A stretch of 57,609 nt of DNA from Chromera velia (taxonomy: Eukaryota), in contig JAHBMJ010000080.1 in assembly GCA_018398765.1 (NCBI GenBank), positions 1-57,609 of the forward strand, read 5' to 3'. Under the pieces are notes generated by a model. The model was not told the origin of the DNA, did no database searches, and was given only the letters and a program-made list of their open reading frames with translations. Of the stretch, positions 1-13,383 are shown one piece after another. Position numbers and translations under genes: made by a program. Every line of letters begins with the position of its first letter. Position 1 is the stretch's first letter.

Positions 1-836
1 CGGTTTCTGACTTTAGTTATAATTTCAGTTGATTTTAGTGAATTTCAGTTTTTTTAAAACTAGGGCCCGTTCAGCATATTTTTGAGTAATTTTAACAAAC
101 AAATGCTTTTTGGACCCACCTCTCATCTTAGGGCTTTAACCCGAAGGGAGGGTGCTGCATGCAGGCATGCATGCCACACCGTTCGAAGAGCCGCGCGTCG
201 GTCTTTCGCGGCCCCTTTTTTGCGGCGGCGCATGCGACTGTCCGCGCGGCTCGAGTCTTTCGCGATATCGATCGCGCGATCCATGCATCTTTCTCGAAAA
301 TGGCGACGCCCGCGGGGCCCGTGGCAGAGTGGCGCCGCCGCGTGCATGGCTCTTCCGCTCTGTATGCCGCTTTGTGTATCGCTGGAATTATTTTTTTGCA
401 ATCCATTTTATACATAGACTGACAGATTTTTCGTATATTAAAAATATATATATACTGTCACGTACGTATCGAAAAATGTATACGAAGACGTGTATACATG
501 TACAATTCAATGTCTTGCAGCGCACTGTAACAGACAACACGATCTTTGTGCGAAGCAAGAGTACCAGCCTTGATCTCTTCTGGGGCCACGTGTGATACGA
601 AAGGAGACAAGCAGACTGATGAATCTTTAATGCGTCTGCATTCCCTGTGTTCTTTGCTTGACGATTGAGTTGGGTCGTGCAATAGAGTTACGTTTGATAT
701 CGCTATTGTGAAGAGCGAGAACCTTGTATCTCTCGTGATTGAAGGTACTGATACTGACGAGTAGCTGAGAATAAAGGCACTATCCACGCAAAGCCCCGTT
801 TTCATCTGCAAAGAACTGTCAGTCTGAAATAGCGAA

Positions 837-2245
837 ATGTCCGAGGGGGAGATAGGTACTGAGAACCCCCCGCAAAATGAAGAGCAGCCTGTTGCAGAAA
901 CAGAAGAAGCTCCCGTAGAAGACACAAGCGCGACGGTCTATCGAATTCTGAGAGAGAGCGGGACGTCTACAACGGGACGGTCTGTCTGTTTCGGGTCCAA
1001 CCTGGGTGATCCCTTCAAGCGTCCAGTCAAGCCGGAGCCCGAAGTCTTCTACCAGACAACAGCCTCTGACATACACCCGGACTGGAAAATCACAGGTGTG
1101 TCGATCGGCACGTGCATGTGAATCTTTTGTGTCAGAGCGTCTGATCGAGCAAGTCGCCCGTCTATATACTTTCTGCACGTACACTCACCTTCATGTGCGT
1201 GCACGCGCCCATGCGCGCTTGCATCTTTACGTCTACGCTTTACGTCTACGTGAGCGTGCGTTTGTGAGAAGATCCTGTACTCGTTTGTACAGGTAGAATT
1301 TCAATCGGTATACCCTCCTTCCCACCAATCGACACGCAGAGGAAATGTCAACTGACAAATCCTTTGCCGTTTGAGTGCGAAAGGAAGCAGGAACAACGTC
1401 GATCCATCTCTCAGGCCTTCGTCATCATGTGAATGCACAGAAATGCCGAAATACTGTCTGTTTCAATTGACCAAGCTTCCTTCCTTCCTTCCTTCCTTCC
1501 TTTCTTCCTTCCTTCCTTTCTTCCTTCCTTCTTTCCTTCCTTCCTTCCTTCCTTTCTTCCTTCCTTCCTTTCTTCCTTCCTTCTTTCCTTCCTTCCTTCC
1601 TTCCTTCCCTCCCTCCTTCCTTCCTTGCTTGCTTGCTTGCTTGCTTGGAGTGTGCAGGCACAATGTCAATTGACAAAGCCGACGTGCCTCCCATTTCAAC
1701 TGTCATGGGTCTCAGAAGGAAGTCAAACGTCAACTACCCTCTGAAGACGACGGTTGATCCCGGAAAGTATGAACTGCTTTCCGCGACTCAAAAGTACGAG
1801 CAGAGTCTGTTCGGTGAACCGGTCCTGACTGCTCACGTGCGACAGCGCAAGTTCCCCGTGACCTCTGAGGACTTGGTTTACCCTGAAGCCTCGAGGATGG
1901 GAGCCACGAATCCACTCTACGCACTTGCCTCTCAGGACATCGGAAATGAACCCCCGAAAGCGCACCAGATGCCTGGTAGGTTGGTTGGTTGGCTGGTGGA
2001 TGGCTGGGTGGGGAGAACAAAAAGGCTCTTCTGTGTGTGTAATTTTGACTCTTTTGTACGCTCAGAGTTTCTGACTGACTTAAGTACCCTGCTCACTCAA
2101 AGAGAAGAATCAAAGTGTCCATCGCGGGCCGTCTTTTCCATTTGCACCAAAAGTATCAAGTAGACGAATCTCTGCATTTTCATGCAGCTTTTTTCCGTCT
2201 GTCCGTCCGTCCGTCCGTCTGTCTGTCTGTCTGTCTGTGTCTGTC

Positions 2246-2285
<40 letters not shown>

Positions 2286-2369
2286 TGTGTGTGTGTCTGT
2301 CTGTCTGTCTGTCTGTGTGTCTGTCTGTCTGTGTGTGTGTCTGTCTGAAGGGAGAAGAAGAAACATATA

Positions 2370-2420
<51 letters not shown>

Positions 2421-2453
2421 AACGATATAGTCTGTGTCTTGCTTTGTTTGGTC

Positions 2454-2484
<31 letters not shown>

Positions 2485-2578
2485 TGTTTCCTTCCTTCCT
2501 TCCTTCCTCCCTTCCTTTCTTCGCACTAACCCCTCCTCTCTGTCTTCTTCTTCTTCTTCTTCTTCTTCTTTTTCTTCT

Positions 2579-2646
<68 letters not shown>

Positions 2647-2669
2647 CATTTAAATAAATACACACACAC

Positions 2670-2708
<39 letters not shown>

Positions 2709-2869
2709 TATGTGTTCGAACAAATCAAACGAATATACGTGCAGGTCGCTATTTCCCCCGAAGTACCAAATTCTCCTCTGCCTTCACCACGAGCAACCCG
2801 AGGGACACCGGACTGAACACCTCAATCTCATGGTCGAAGGTGCACCCGACTCTTGACCAGATGTACTGA
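837..2869 (+). CDS. PIERCE/DUF4490-like ciliary microtubule inner protein; exons 837-1095, 1658-1975, 2745-2869 (233 aa)
   Basis: Two GT-AG introns, both phase 1, give a continuous frame. The C-terminus NPLYALASQDIGNEPPKAHQMPGRYFPRSTKFSSAF...GLNTSISWSKVH resembles the PIERCE1/2 (C9orf116) motif Y.TS..YG..P..H.MP..F.P.S..FS. Confidence 0.75.
1476..1646. repeat. (TTCC)n/(TTGC)n intronic microsatellite
   Basis: Directly visible in intron 1. Confidence 0.95.
2195..2706. repeat. Compound intronic microsatellite (GTCT, GT, CTT, CT, CA)
   Basis: Directly visible in intron 2. Confidence 0.95.
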
Positions 2870-3135
2870 AGGAAACAACGAAATTAAGAACAGAACGCAG
2901 AGATTGGCCACAAAAGGCCAAACATACAGCGCTATTCAAAGAAATGTACGTCAGTTTGCAGGAAAGATCTCTTTGTTTTGAACCTGCATCAGGCTTCATG
3001 GAAACGGAATGGGAGTTGCATGCCCCGCTGCATGACCTGGGAATAAGTATCGAATTATTGACCACATTGAATTGCATTTCATAACGGGAAAAAAGTCAAC
3101 GTTTTGTTATTTGTAGTATGAACGGATTCATTGGT

Positions 3136-3618
<483 letters not shown>

Positions 3619-3802
3619 GTGCTGAACATAGACTAAGACGTATGTCATTACACATTGCCATGCCTAGTAAAAATGCTCGAAGGTTTTCTAAGCTAAATTC
3701 TTAGCTAAGCTAATTTGAATAAAAGTTCAAATCTTAATTAAAAATAAGTTTAGAGTTTATAACCGAGTATGCGGGAAACTAAGTGGGAAATTAAATTAAT
3801 AT

Positions 3803-4871
3803 GGGGCCATGTAAAAATTTATTTGCATGCCAATGGCACGCAAACGGGCTCTTGGGGGGGGGGGNGGGGGGGGGGGGGGTCTTTACATGCCATCAAGCCT
3901 TTTTTGGGCATTCATCTCAGTGGGGTCTGGTGGACAAGCTGTAAGTGCTCAATCTTGATCCCTATAGTTGCCACATAAAAGCCACCAAATGGTTTCTCCA
4001 GATGTCATCTGGTTCTGAAGCATCAGAGGTCCAAAATTTTGAAAAATTGTCTGACATTTTCATTCCCCCTCCACGATTCCATCATCCTCCCCCCTGACAA
4101 GTCTCCTCTGATGCCCTGCAGTGCTCTGGATGCTTCAGTCAAAGAATTCTGGTACAGACGCCCTTGTTAGCTGTTCATTTTATGAGGGGGGGTGGATTTT
4201 TCGGGAATCTGCGGTCTTCGTTTTTCATTTTTCATACTGAGTCTCAGTCTGACTCTCTTTGGAATCCCCTTTTGGTGGGGTCATACTCATGGACATCTTG
4301 TCACTCATTAAGTTGCAGAGCAGCCTGAGCACATACCCTTCATAAACTTAAGAAGGCATACGATAGTGCCTCGACTTCTGCCCACTCTGGACACTATATT
4401 TGTTATGGGAAGAGGAGGTGGTGGTAGTGGCTGGATTGTCTGGGTTCGCCCTGAATTGAAGTAGGACTGGGCAACTGGGGTGTCCTCGGGGGAATGTTTG
4501 GTGGAAATAACAAGCCGATTGAGGACTACACGTCCTCTTTTCTCATGTATCATAGGAAAGATGATCCAATGCCTGCACACTTTGCCGTTTGATCATTAAA
4601 TTGCATTGAACAAACCTGTCGCAGATGTGTATCGATCGTATAATTTTTGCATAATGATTCAAATTTGGGTTTTTAACAAGTTTTTAACAAGTTTTAAACT
4701 TTAATTTTAGTGGTTGTTCAACATGATTTTGGACTATAAACGGTAAAAAAGTAAGTGTCAAAAAACTTTTTTTTAAAGAAAAACATTTACGTGCCGAAGC
4801 GAGAAGGTCTGGGGGGGGGAGGGGGGGGTCTTGCATACCATTGGCACTCAAATAAATTTTTACATGGCCCC
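3803..4871. mobile_element. Non-autonomous TIR element, possibly PIF/Harbinger-like
   Basis: TIR GGGGCCATGTAAAAATTTATTTG and its reverse complement CAAATAAATTTTTACATGGCCCC; TAT on both flanks (possible 3-bp TSD). Confidence 0.75.
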
Positions 4872-5058
4872 TATAAATAGTAGTACTATTGGTCTCTGAT
4901 GGAAGGTTAAGAGTGAGATGAACGTGCTAGGAACCGATCTTAAATACAGTTTCCCCCTTAGTATTGGTCTCTGTGTCTCTAGCTGTGTCTCCTAAGCATT
5001 AATTCCTGGGCTAGTCGTAGCGTGTTTCGGAAATATAAAATCATACAAAGTATATCAT

Positions 5059-6070
5059 CTATAATTCGGCAAGCTATTAAAAATAGTAAAAATAGTTGAA
5101 AAAATTATTATTGTTAGTAAAAATAGTTTAAATAGTTATTATTTTTACTATTTGCTACGTCAAATAGTAAAATAGTCTAGGCGACGCACAGTGGTAAAAA
5201 AAAAAAAATCTGAAAACGTCTATTCTTTTTTTTTTTATTATTTAAAATTTTATTGTATATGTAAAAAGAAATAAAGGTTAAATGACTAGCTTCAACTAGA
5301 GTTTGAAACATATCTAGGATCCCAGTTTCACTTTTAGCTTGGTAGACGCTTAAAAGGATTGACCAAAACTAGCTTTGACTAGAGCTTCGAAATGTATATC
5401 GTCCTAGATAGCGTCAAAGAGCCAGTCAAAGAACTTCTCCTGTGTCTGCTCTTCTGTCTGCATCCATGCATCCATCCTTATTGTCACTATTTGCATAGGA
5501 CAAAAGAGAGCCCTCTTTTCCCTTCGCCTGCAAAGATAAGAGAGAAAAGTCTGGTGACAGTGCAGTTAAACAAGGGAAAAAAGATCGGTTGGTCTGTGTT
5601 CAACAAAGTCGATGATGGAATGGTGAAGACACTAGTAGAAACACTAGTAGAGACAAACGTACAATAACAACTAGGACTAGAACTAGGGTTAAAACTAGAG
5701 TTGAAAGATGTTTAAAACTTTGAGTTGAGTAATAAGTTCGCGAGGAAGTTAGTTTAAAAGTACTTCTAAAAGGTGCTCCTCTAGGTGCTCCTAGAGGTGC
5801 TCTAGGAAATCTTTCATAAAAAAAAAGAAAAAAAAAAAATCTGGAAAGGTCTATTTTTTTTTTTTTTACCACTGTGTGTCGCCTAGAAAATAGTTAGAAA
5901 ATAGTTAGTTTTTTTTACTATTTTAATAGTAAAATAGTGCTATTTTACTATTAAAATAGTAAAAATAGCTAACTATTATGAACTATTTTATTATTTTGAG
6001 TGTATTCGACGTAGCAAATAGTAAAAATAGTCATTATTTTTACTATTTTAACACAACAAGCCGACTCATA
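5059..6070. mobile_element. Degenerate AT-rich foldback element hosting a MITE
   Basis: Imperfect inverted arms with AAAATAGT subrepeats; TTTGCTACGTCAAAT (~5151) versus ATTCGACGTAGCAAA (~6004). Confidence 0.55.
5177..5886. mobile_element. MITE with TIR CTAGGCGACGCACAGTGG and 8-bp TSD
   Basis: TIRs at both ends; AAAATAGT duplicated at 5169-5176 and 5887-5894; second copy at 37766. Confidence 0.9.
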
Positions 6071-6317
6071 GTCTGAGTCATAGATACATAATTGAATAGT
6101 AATCCATTTATTTAGTAGTTTATTTATCGTCCCGCAAATTCTTAATTGGTATGTGTATTCAACTGTATTCAACTATCAACCAATCAATAAATCAATCAAA
6201 CTGAGTTTAATTTCAGCCCACGTTTATAAATCTTTTATAGCTATAGGGCGCTTCAGACGTTAGTTCAGACGCCGCTTCTATTATTAAGTTCCGTTTCTCA
6301 GTCGTCACAAGTTTGTG

Positions 6318-8515
6318 TAGTGACCATGTTTGATTTGATTTGATTTGAGGTAGGGCTTAAGCTCAAATCAAATATCTAGTTAAGGAGGACCTAGTGTTTA
6401 AAGACCTATCAAATACGATCAAATATTTGATTAATATGACTTGTAACCTCAAATATGAAGGTCCTGAAAAAACTTTTGCAAGTACCGATCCGTCATACAT
6501 GCTGATTCAAATGAAAAAACTTAAATCTTGATGGTTTGCTCTCAAAGAAAAAACGTTTTGAGCTCCACTGAAATTGAAGTTTCACCCCTTTTTACTTCAT
6601 GCAGAGGTAAACCGATCAGCTGAACGTTTTTCCGAACAGCTGTGTTAACTTTTCTGATGCTGGAACATCTTTTACGGCCCCCTTTTTGAGCGTTCATATG
6701 CAATTTCAAATCTATCAATTTTATGTTCTTAATCTCTATTAGTACTAGAGTGAGTCTCAGTGACTAGTGTATATACACTGCCACACAGGCATGTTTTTTT
6801 TACGGAACTGATAAGTTATAATTATATATATATTTTTTTAAATTTTTGAAACACACATCAGAAATGTTCTGATAACTATTCCCTAATGAATTGGGAGTTG
6901 AATTGGGCGTCAAATTGGTAGTACTACCCATTTTTTACCGCCAGTAACTCCCAATTTTGAAAAATTGATACCTAGTCTAGTGAAAGAAGTACATAGAGTG
7001 TGAAGCTAAAATTTTGTGTACGGGCTAGACAGGGGCTCACTAGTCTCTAGCCGCAGTCATTACACTCTAATTCATTACTAGGGACAAATTCTATGAACAC
7101 TTAGAGTCACCTAAAAATTGGGAGTTACCAATTTTTTTCTAGGATTTTCTTAAAAATTGGTAGTTAGTCATGGTGAACTTGACATCTGAAAACATTGTAT
7201 GAGCGATGTTTAGCTCTCTCTCTACAGCAAATCTCTCCCGAAACTCGGTGGGGATAACAAATCCATCCTTGTCCATTTCCTGTGACCTCTCCCTCTGTTG
7301 GCTTTGTGCGACCATGGTTGCAGAGCGCTGGGGAGGAGGAGGACGCTGACGGGAACTTTCACTTTTCGATTTCTTCTTTTTCTTTTGTTCTTTTCCTTGA
7401 TCTGTTTCGTTCTCTCTCCCACCTTGAGGCTTACGGAGACTAGCAGCTGCCGACTGAATTGAGGCTACCGCAGCGGCGACAGACGACTCAGAGACCCCTC
7501 CTTCTTGCTTCTGTTTGAGGGCTGTCTGCATATCTCTTAGAAGTAGGAGATCATTTGGATAGGAAAAATGTGCTTTTTCTCTCTCAAGAGTCTAAATTTT
7601 TTCCTCCACAACCCCCAGGTCACTCTGAAATGACTCTTCTTCCTCTTTCTTTCCCTCCTTCTACTGGGTGGGCGGTCCCGAAGACTCACTTTTACTCACA
7701 CTTCCCGGTGTGGATCCGCCGGTTTGGGGGATTGAACACAGTGAAATGCTACGGCTTTGAATCGTATCATAAGAAGGTTTGCAAACATTTTATCCTACAA
7801 GGGGGACGTTATTCATATGATCGTTTTATTCTGGAAGATCTGGTTTTTGCGTGGTTGTGCAAGAGAAAAAAAGCCATGCAAGCATATTTTACCGATGTGT
7901 CACACCGGAAGGGACTTCGAGCATGAATAACACTATGAAACTATACAAAACTTATGGATATATGAAGTTCTATACAGCCGCAACACTGTTCTATTACAGC
8001 GTTCTTTCTTTCTACATATATTTTACTTTCTAGGAGAAGTTATAAAATTGGTAGTCAAAAAAAAAAATTGGGTGTTGATTTTCTTAAAAATTGGTAGTTA
8101 GTCCTAGAAAAAAATTGGTAACTCCCAATTTTTAGGTGACTCTAAGTGTTCATAGAATTTGTCCCTAGTAATGAATTAGAGTGTAATGACTGCGGCTAGA
8201 GACTAGTGAGCCCCTATCTAGCCCGTACACAAAATTTTAGCTTCACACTCTATGTACTTCTTTCACTAGACTAGGTATCAATTATTCAAAATTGGGAGTT
8301 ACTGGCAGTAAAAAATGGGTAGTACTACCAATTCGACGCCCAATTCAACTCCCAATTCATTAGGGTTGTCATGAGAAAAATGATCAGAGTGACAGTAAAT
8401 CAGTGACTCAGTGAGGAACTCTAAGAGATTAACCTCAAATCTTACCTCAAATATCAAATATTTAAGGTTGAAGCTCAAATCAAATCAAATATAATCAAAT
8501 CAAACATGGTCACTA
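6318..8515. mobile_element. Non-autonomous hAT-like element
   Basis: TIR TAGTGACCATGTTTGATTTGAT and reverse complement; 8-bp TSD AGTTTGTG at 6310-6317 and 8516-8523. Confidence 0.88.
6881..8365. mobile_element. Long-TIR (~264 bp) element nested in the hAT element, carrying a coding-like internal fragment
   Basis: 6881-7144 is a near-perfect reverse complement of 8102-8365; CCC...GGG ends; TT on both flanks; internal minus ORF 7139-7531. Confidence 0.9.
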
Positions 8516-9537
8516 AGTTTGTGCCAAATTCTCTTCAGTTGCTCGAGCGGTACGCAAGAGGGTGGTGCTGCTTCATGTGTTTGAGGGGAGGGGAGAGGAA
8601 GGATAAAACGGAATTAGGGTATCGTGGTCATGATTCCGAGCAGTAATTGGTCCTGTTTTTGGTTTTTCATGCAGCCTTTTATTTTTTCTGTCAAAACGCA
8701 ATTCACTTTAATTTGCTTCGCAGTCAAGTGCACAAGTTGATTCATGTTGATTCTTCCATCTTTTCCTTTCAGTCATTTCTTGAATCTCGTATTCACTGAC
8801 CAAATCTGAGTCTTGTTCAGTCTACAGTCTCTTCTCAGAGCTAAAAAATTGACAAGACTCGGACTTGCAGCGGGAAGGCCCTAGGGCGGAACATATCAAT
8901 CAATCAATCAATGCATGGACTGCCAGGAGCTAGGCTCCGCCGGCTTAGTCAACTCATTCATTCATTTATAATATAATATACCTAGTAATATACATATGAT
9001 TATATAGAGAACTTGAAGTTGAATATTGGCTTTTATGTTTTTGATTGTCAGCCTGAGTGACGGAGCTTGAAAGCCGAACTAGAAGTTCAGAAATGGCTGA
9101 CAGCGACGACGTTACACATTGACGTACGATCAGGATGATGATCATGCTGCTGATTCATGCATCTACTCATGCATGTATGGGGGTTGTATGACGTGAAAGT
9201 GGAAGAGCCAAGCCAAACAAAGTAGCAAACAAGGACAGAGCTACTGTCCCATCATACAGCCACGCGGGTCCGAATCTCGGCCCTCAGACGCCCTCTCCTC
9301 CTCCTCCTCCTCCTCCTCCTCCTCGTCCTCAAATTTGCATGATGGAATACTTTTGATCGGCAACGACACCGTGTCAGCGCTCTCGTCAATGCACCAACGT
9401 TGCCATGCTTCCATAAAGATGGACATGCATCCCTTGAGATGTATTTACAGTGCAAAATGGAAATCCAGGGTGAAAAAAGGGAGACCGGGATCTCTCTCTC
9501 GCAAAAAAGATCTATTCCAATCATCACCTTTTTTATT

Positions 9538-10218
9538 CTATCCACCCCCCCTGGACCGTCTCCGAATTTCATCGAAGCTTTGATCAAGACCTGCCTCGTC
9601 TTCCTCCGCTTCTGCCGCAGCCGCAGCGGCACGGGCGCTTCCCCGAGTGACCCTCCGAGGTCCCCCCCCCTCGTCAGACACCCCCATCATCAACACATCC
9701 CCCCCACTGCCCCCTTCAGGTCGAGGGGGCTCCTCGCTTTCCTCCCGTCTTCTCTTGACGCCCTGACGGCCGGCATTCGCCTCTGAAGGCTGCACAACTG
9801 CGGGCCGCCGCGCCCTTGGCAGAAGCTCTGTCGGAACAGACGAACGCAGCCCCCTCGTTCGGCCTCCACCCTGGGAATCCTCTGCAACCGCTGCAGACGA
9901 CGGCTCTTGATCCTCCTCTTCCTCTTCATCCTCTGCAAGCAAGTCGCTGTCTTCCAACTCTTCTTTCTCTCTCTCTGCATCTGCACGTGCAGACCTGCGC
10001 GTCGCCGTCAGAGAAGAAGACGCCGCAGAGGTCCCTCGAAGCGAGCGCCGGGGCCCGAAGCCCGCAGCTGCCACACCCCCACCTCGAGTACGGACCCTCA
10101 GAGACGCTCCACCCCTCTCCCTCTCTCTCCTCCCCGGGGCACGAAAGTTCCTCCTCCCATCGTCCTCGCTCTCTTCCACCTTTCGGCGGCCGTCTGCAAG
10201 CAACAGCCCCAGACAGAC

Positions 10219-10258
<40 letters not shown>

Positions 10259-11562
10259 GAAAAACACAGACAGACAGACAGACAGTCGACAAGAGAGAAA
10301 GCATCAAAGAAAGGAAGATAAAAGGTGACATGTAGCAATCGAACAGAGGGCAAAGATGCGAAGAAACAGAAATCTCTTTCTGATGGAAGAAAAAGGGAGA
10401 GGGGGAGGGACGAATTTGGTTCCATCGTTCACATTTCCTGTTTTCGTCCAAAAGCCAAGAAATAGGATCAAAGAACCGATTGACAGGGTTTTGGTCACTA
10501 GTGGCCTCGCACAGTGCGGCCTCGACCCCTTCTCCTTCACGGTCTCGTTTTTCATTCACTCATTGACACTCTCCCTCACACATATTCTTTGATCGACACT
10601 GTTGCTCAATAACACGCCCACTCGCTCTTCCGGGTAGTCATTCGTACATGCATACACAGACACCCTCACTCTCTATTTCACTCCATTATTGGCTGACTCT
10701 TTCACTCGCTGCCTCTCGCACTCACTCACTCACTCACTCACTCACTCACTCTCCCACTCACTCACTCACTCACTCACACACTCTCCCGCTCACTCACTCA
10801 CTCACTCACTCACTCACTCACTCACCACTCACTCACTCACTCACTCACTCACTCACACACTCTCCCACTCACTCACTCACTCACTCACTCACTCACTCAC
10901 ACACTCTCCCACTCACTCACTCACTCACTCACTCACTCACTCACTCACCACTCACTCACTCACTCACTCACTCACTCACTCACTCACACACTCTCCCACT
11001 CACTCACTCACTCACTCACTCACTCACTCACACACTCTCCCACTCACTCACTCACTCACTCACTCACTCTCCCACTCACTCACTCACTCACTCACTCGCC
11101 CACTCACTCACTCACTCACTCACTCACTCACACACTCTCCCACTCACTCACTCACTCACTCACTCACTCACACACTCTCCCACTCACTCACTCGCTGCCT
11201 CTTTCACTCACCTAATGAGACGACGCTCCGAGTTCCGCCCCTGCGTCTCCTTTCTCTCTCTTCTCTCTCTCTCTTCTCTCTGCCCCCCTTGTCCTCAACA
11301 ATCACAAGGTCGTCCGTCTCCACAACTTCAGCCTCGATGACTGCAGAAGAGCTGGCAGAAACAGCCGCCCCCTTGTCCTTGTCCCTCCCTCGACCCCCCC
11401 CGCCCCCCACATCGGGGAGAGGCACGGGACTTCCGTCGTCTGCCCACCCCCCGGCCTCTTGAAAGGACTTCCTGCGATTAAGGAACGTTTGGGGCAAAAA
11501 ACAAAGAGGAACGAGAACAAGAAAGACCATACAGAAGAAAGGGACAGGGGGGAAAAATTGGT

Positions 11563-11605
<43 letters not shown>

Positions 11606-13237
11606 ACAGAGGGACAGAGATGGATGAATGGATGGATAGATACACAGAGAGAGGGGGGGAGAGAAACAAGAAGAGAACGCGAGTGAGCGTGTGTGAGAGA
11701 GAGAGTCCGCGTCTGGCCGAGATTTGAAAAGGCTTACGCCGGCCGTTTCCCATACTTCCGTGTTTCAACTTCAGGTTAGAAGAGACACGAATTGAAACGA
11801 CCAGCCAGTGCCGACACTCGACCTCCTCGCTTCCTTCCAAATTCATTCAACTGCTTTCTTCTATCCTCTGCTTACCTGCCTGCCTGCCGACTGGTAGGCC
11901 AAACAAACAAACGACAGCTAGAAGGACTGGCCAGACCGACCACATGGGATTGTCGAACCACTGGTCTCTCTCCAATCCCCGGAGAAGGGCGGTCTTTTGG
12001 GTCTTGTTCCTGCATTTGTCGGCGAACTCGCTCCAGTGGTCTCGGAACGGTTTCAGCGAGTTGTACTTCGTCCACGCGTACATCAGGTCATCCAGAGAAA
12101 GCACTGCATGCATGGGTCCATGCGACAACACAGACAGAGAGACAAAGCGTATCCTGTTCCTTCTTTCCCTTCTATCAGACGGAAAAACAAAAAGAAGCAG
12201 ATTACTTTTCTTTTCCTGTTCACTCCGAAGAGTCTTCCTCGTCATGAAAACTGAAAAATATAGACGTGTCTTTCTGCTTCCTCTCCTTTTGCCCCATTTG
12301 GCACACAGTCAGTGAGTGAAAGGGCACCGTGACATATCTGGCCTAGGGCAGTACCCTGTATCACCAGTGTAGGCTTTAGCTTATCTGCTCCAACATCCTG
12401 TCTATCACGCAGACAGACTGGGAGGCAGACAAAGGAGAAAGAAGAGAGGGGGAGGCCAGAACGTCAGCACCCCCGGCAACAACACGGAAGGTAAACACAT
12501 CGGGTATATAAGCGTGTCCACCCCCCCTACAGACACGCACCGACACGACACACGAGCACAGGGAGGCCGAGAGAGCAGTGACTGCTTCAGGGAGACAGAG
12601 AGAGAGGAAAAGACGGACCAAGCACGTAAAGAGGCCTCTGTCCCTTCATCACCTCCTTGCTGTAGGGAATCTCCGGTTCTGCGCACAACACAAGCAGACA
12701 GGCAGAGAGAGAAAAACAGACGCGGAACGACAGAGAGAGAGAGTGAAGGTCCTTTCGTTCCTGAGCAGTCTGTACGAGAGACACAAAAGATGTCCACTCC
12801 CATCTGCCGGTTCAAAGGAAGAGAGAGAGAGAGAGAGAGAGAGGCGAAAGCGCAAAGGTCGCAAGCAATCACAAGAGGCGGAGAACGACGCAGTTCTCTG
12901 CTTCTTTGCTTGTGCAAGAACGATTGCGGCAAGGAGATGCTCCGTCAAAACTTTCATAAACCTCTCTGCCTGCACCTATTTTGATTGTCCTGTTTCCCCC
13001 ATGTTCACCGCTTTTCAGACACGACTTTATGCACTCCCCCACACAAAAGCATCACCTTCTGCATGTACCCCCTCCTTGGTCGACTGTCACACCCACCCAC
13101 GCACCCACTGCCCTCTCACTCACTCACTCACTTACTCACTCACTCAGTCACACTCACTTTTGTCCCACGGGTCGCAGACTTGACAGGGCACATACACGGA
13201 TCCCTTGCCGAACTTCCACCAGTAGACGTTGTTGGCC

Positions 13238-13278
<41 letters not shown>

Positions 13279-13291
13279 ACATACACACACA

Positions 13292-13330
<39 letters not shown>

Positions 13331-13342
13331 CGTGCGAGGTGC

Positions 13343-13383
<41 letters not shown>

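Noticed and set aside
1293..1431. Extra exon in intron 1 of gene 1
   Set aside because: It has an AG acceptor and slight similarity to the start of exon 2, but reaches a stop with no convincing donor.
3854..3879. G-run containing an N as a G-quadruplex element
   Set aside because: Homopolymer at an assembly ambiguity; its length is unreliable.
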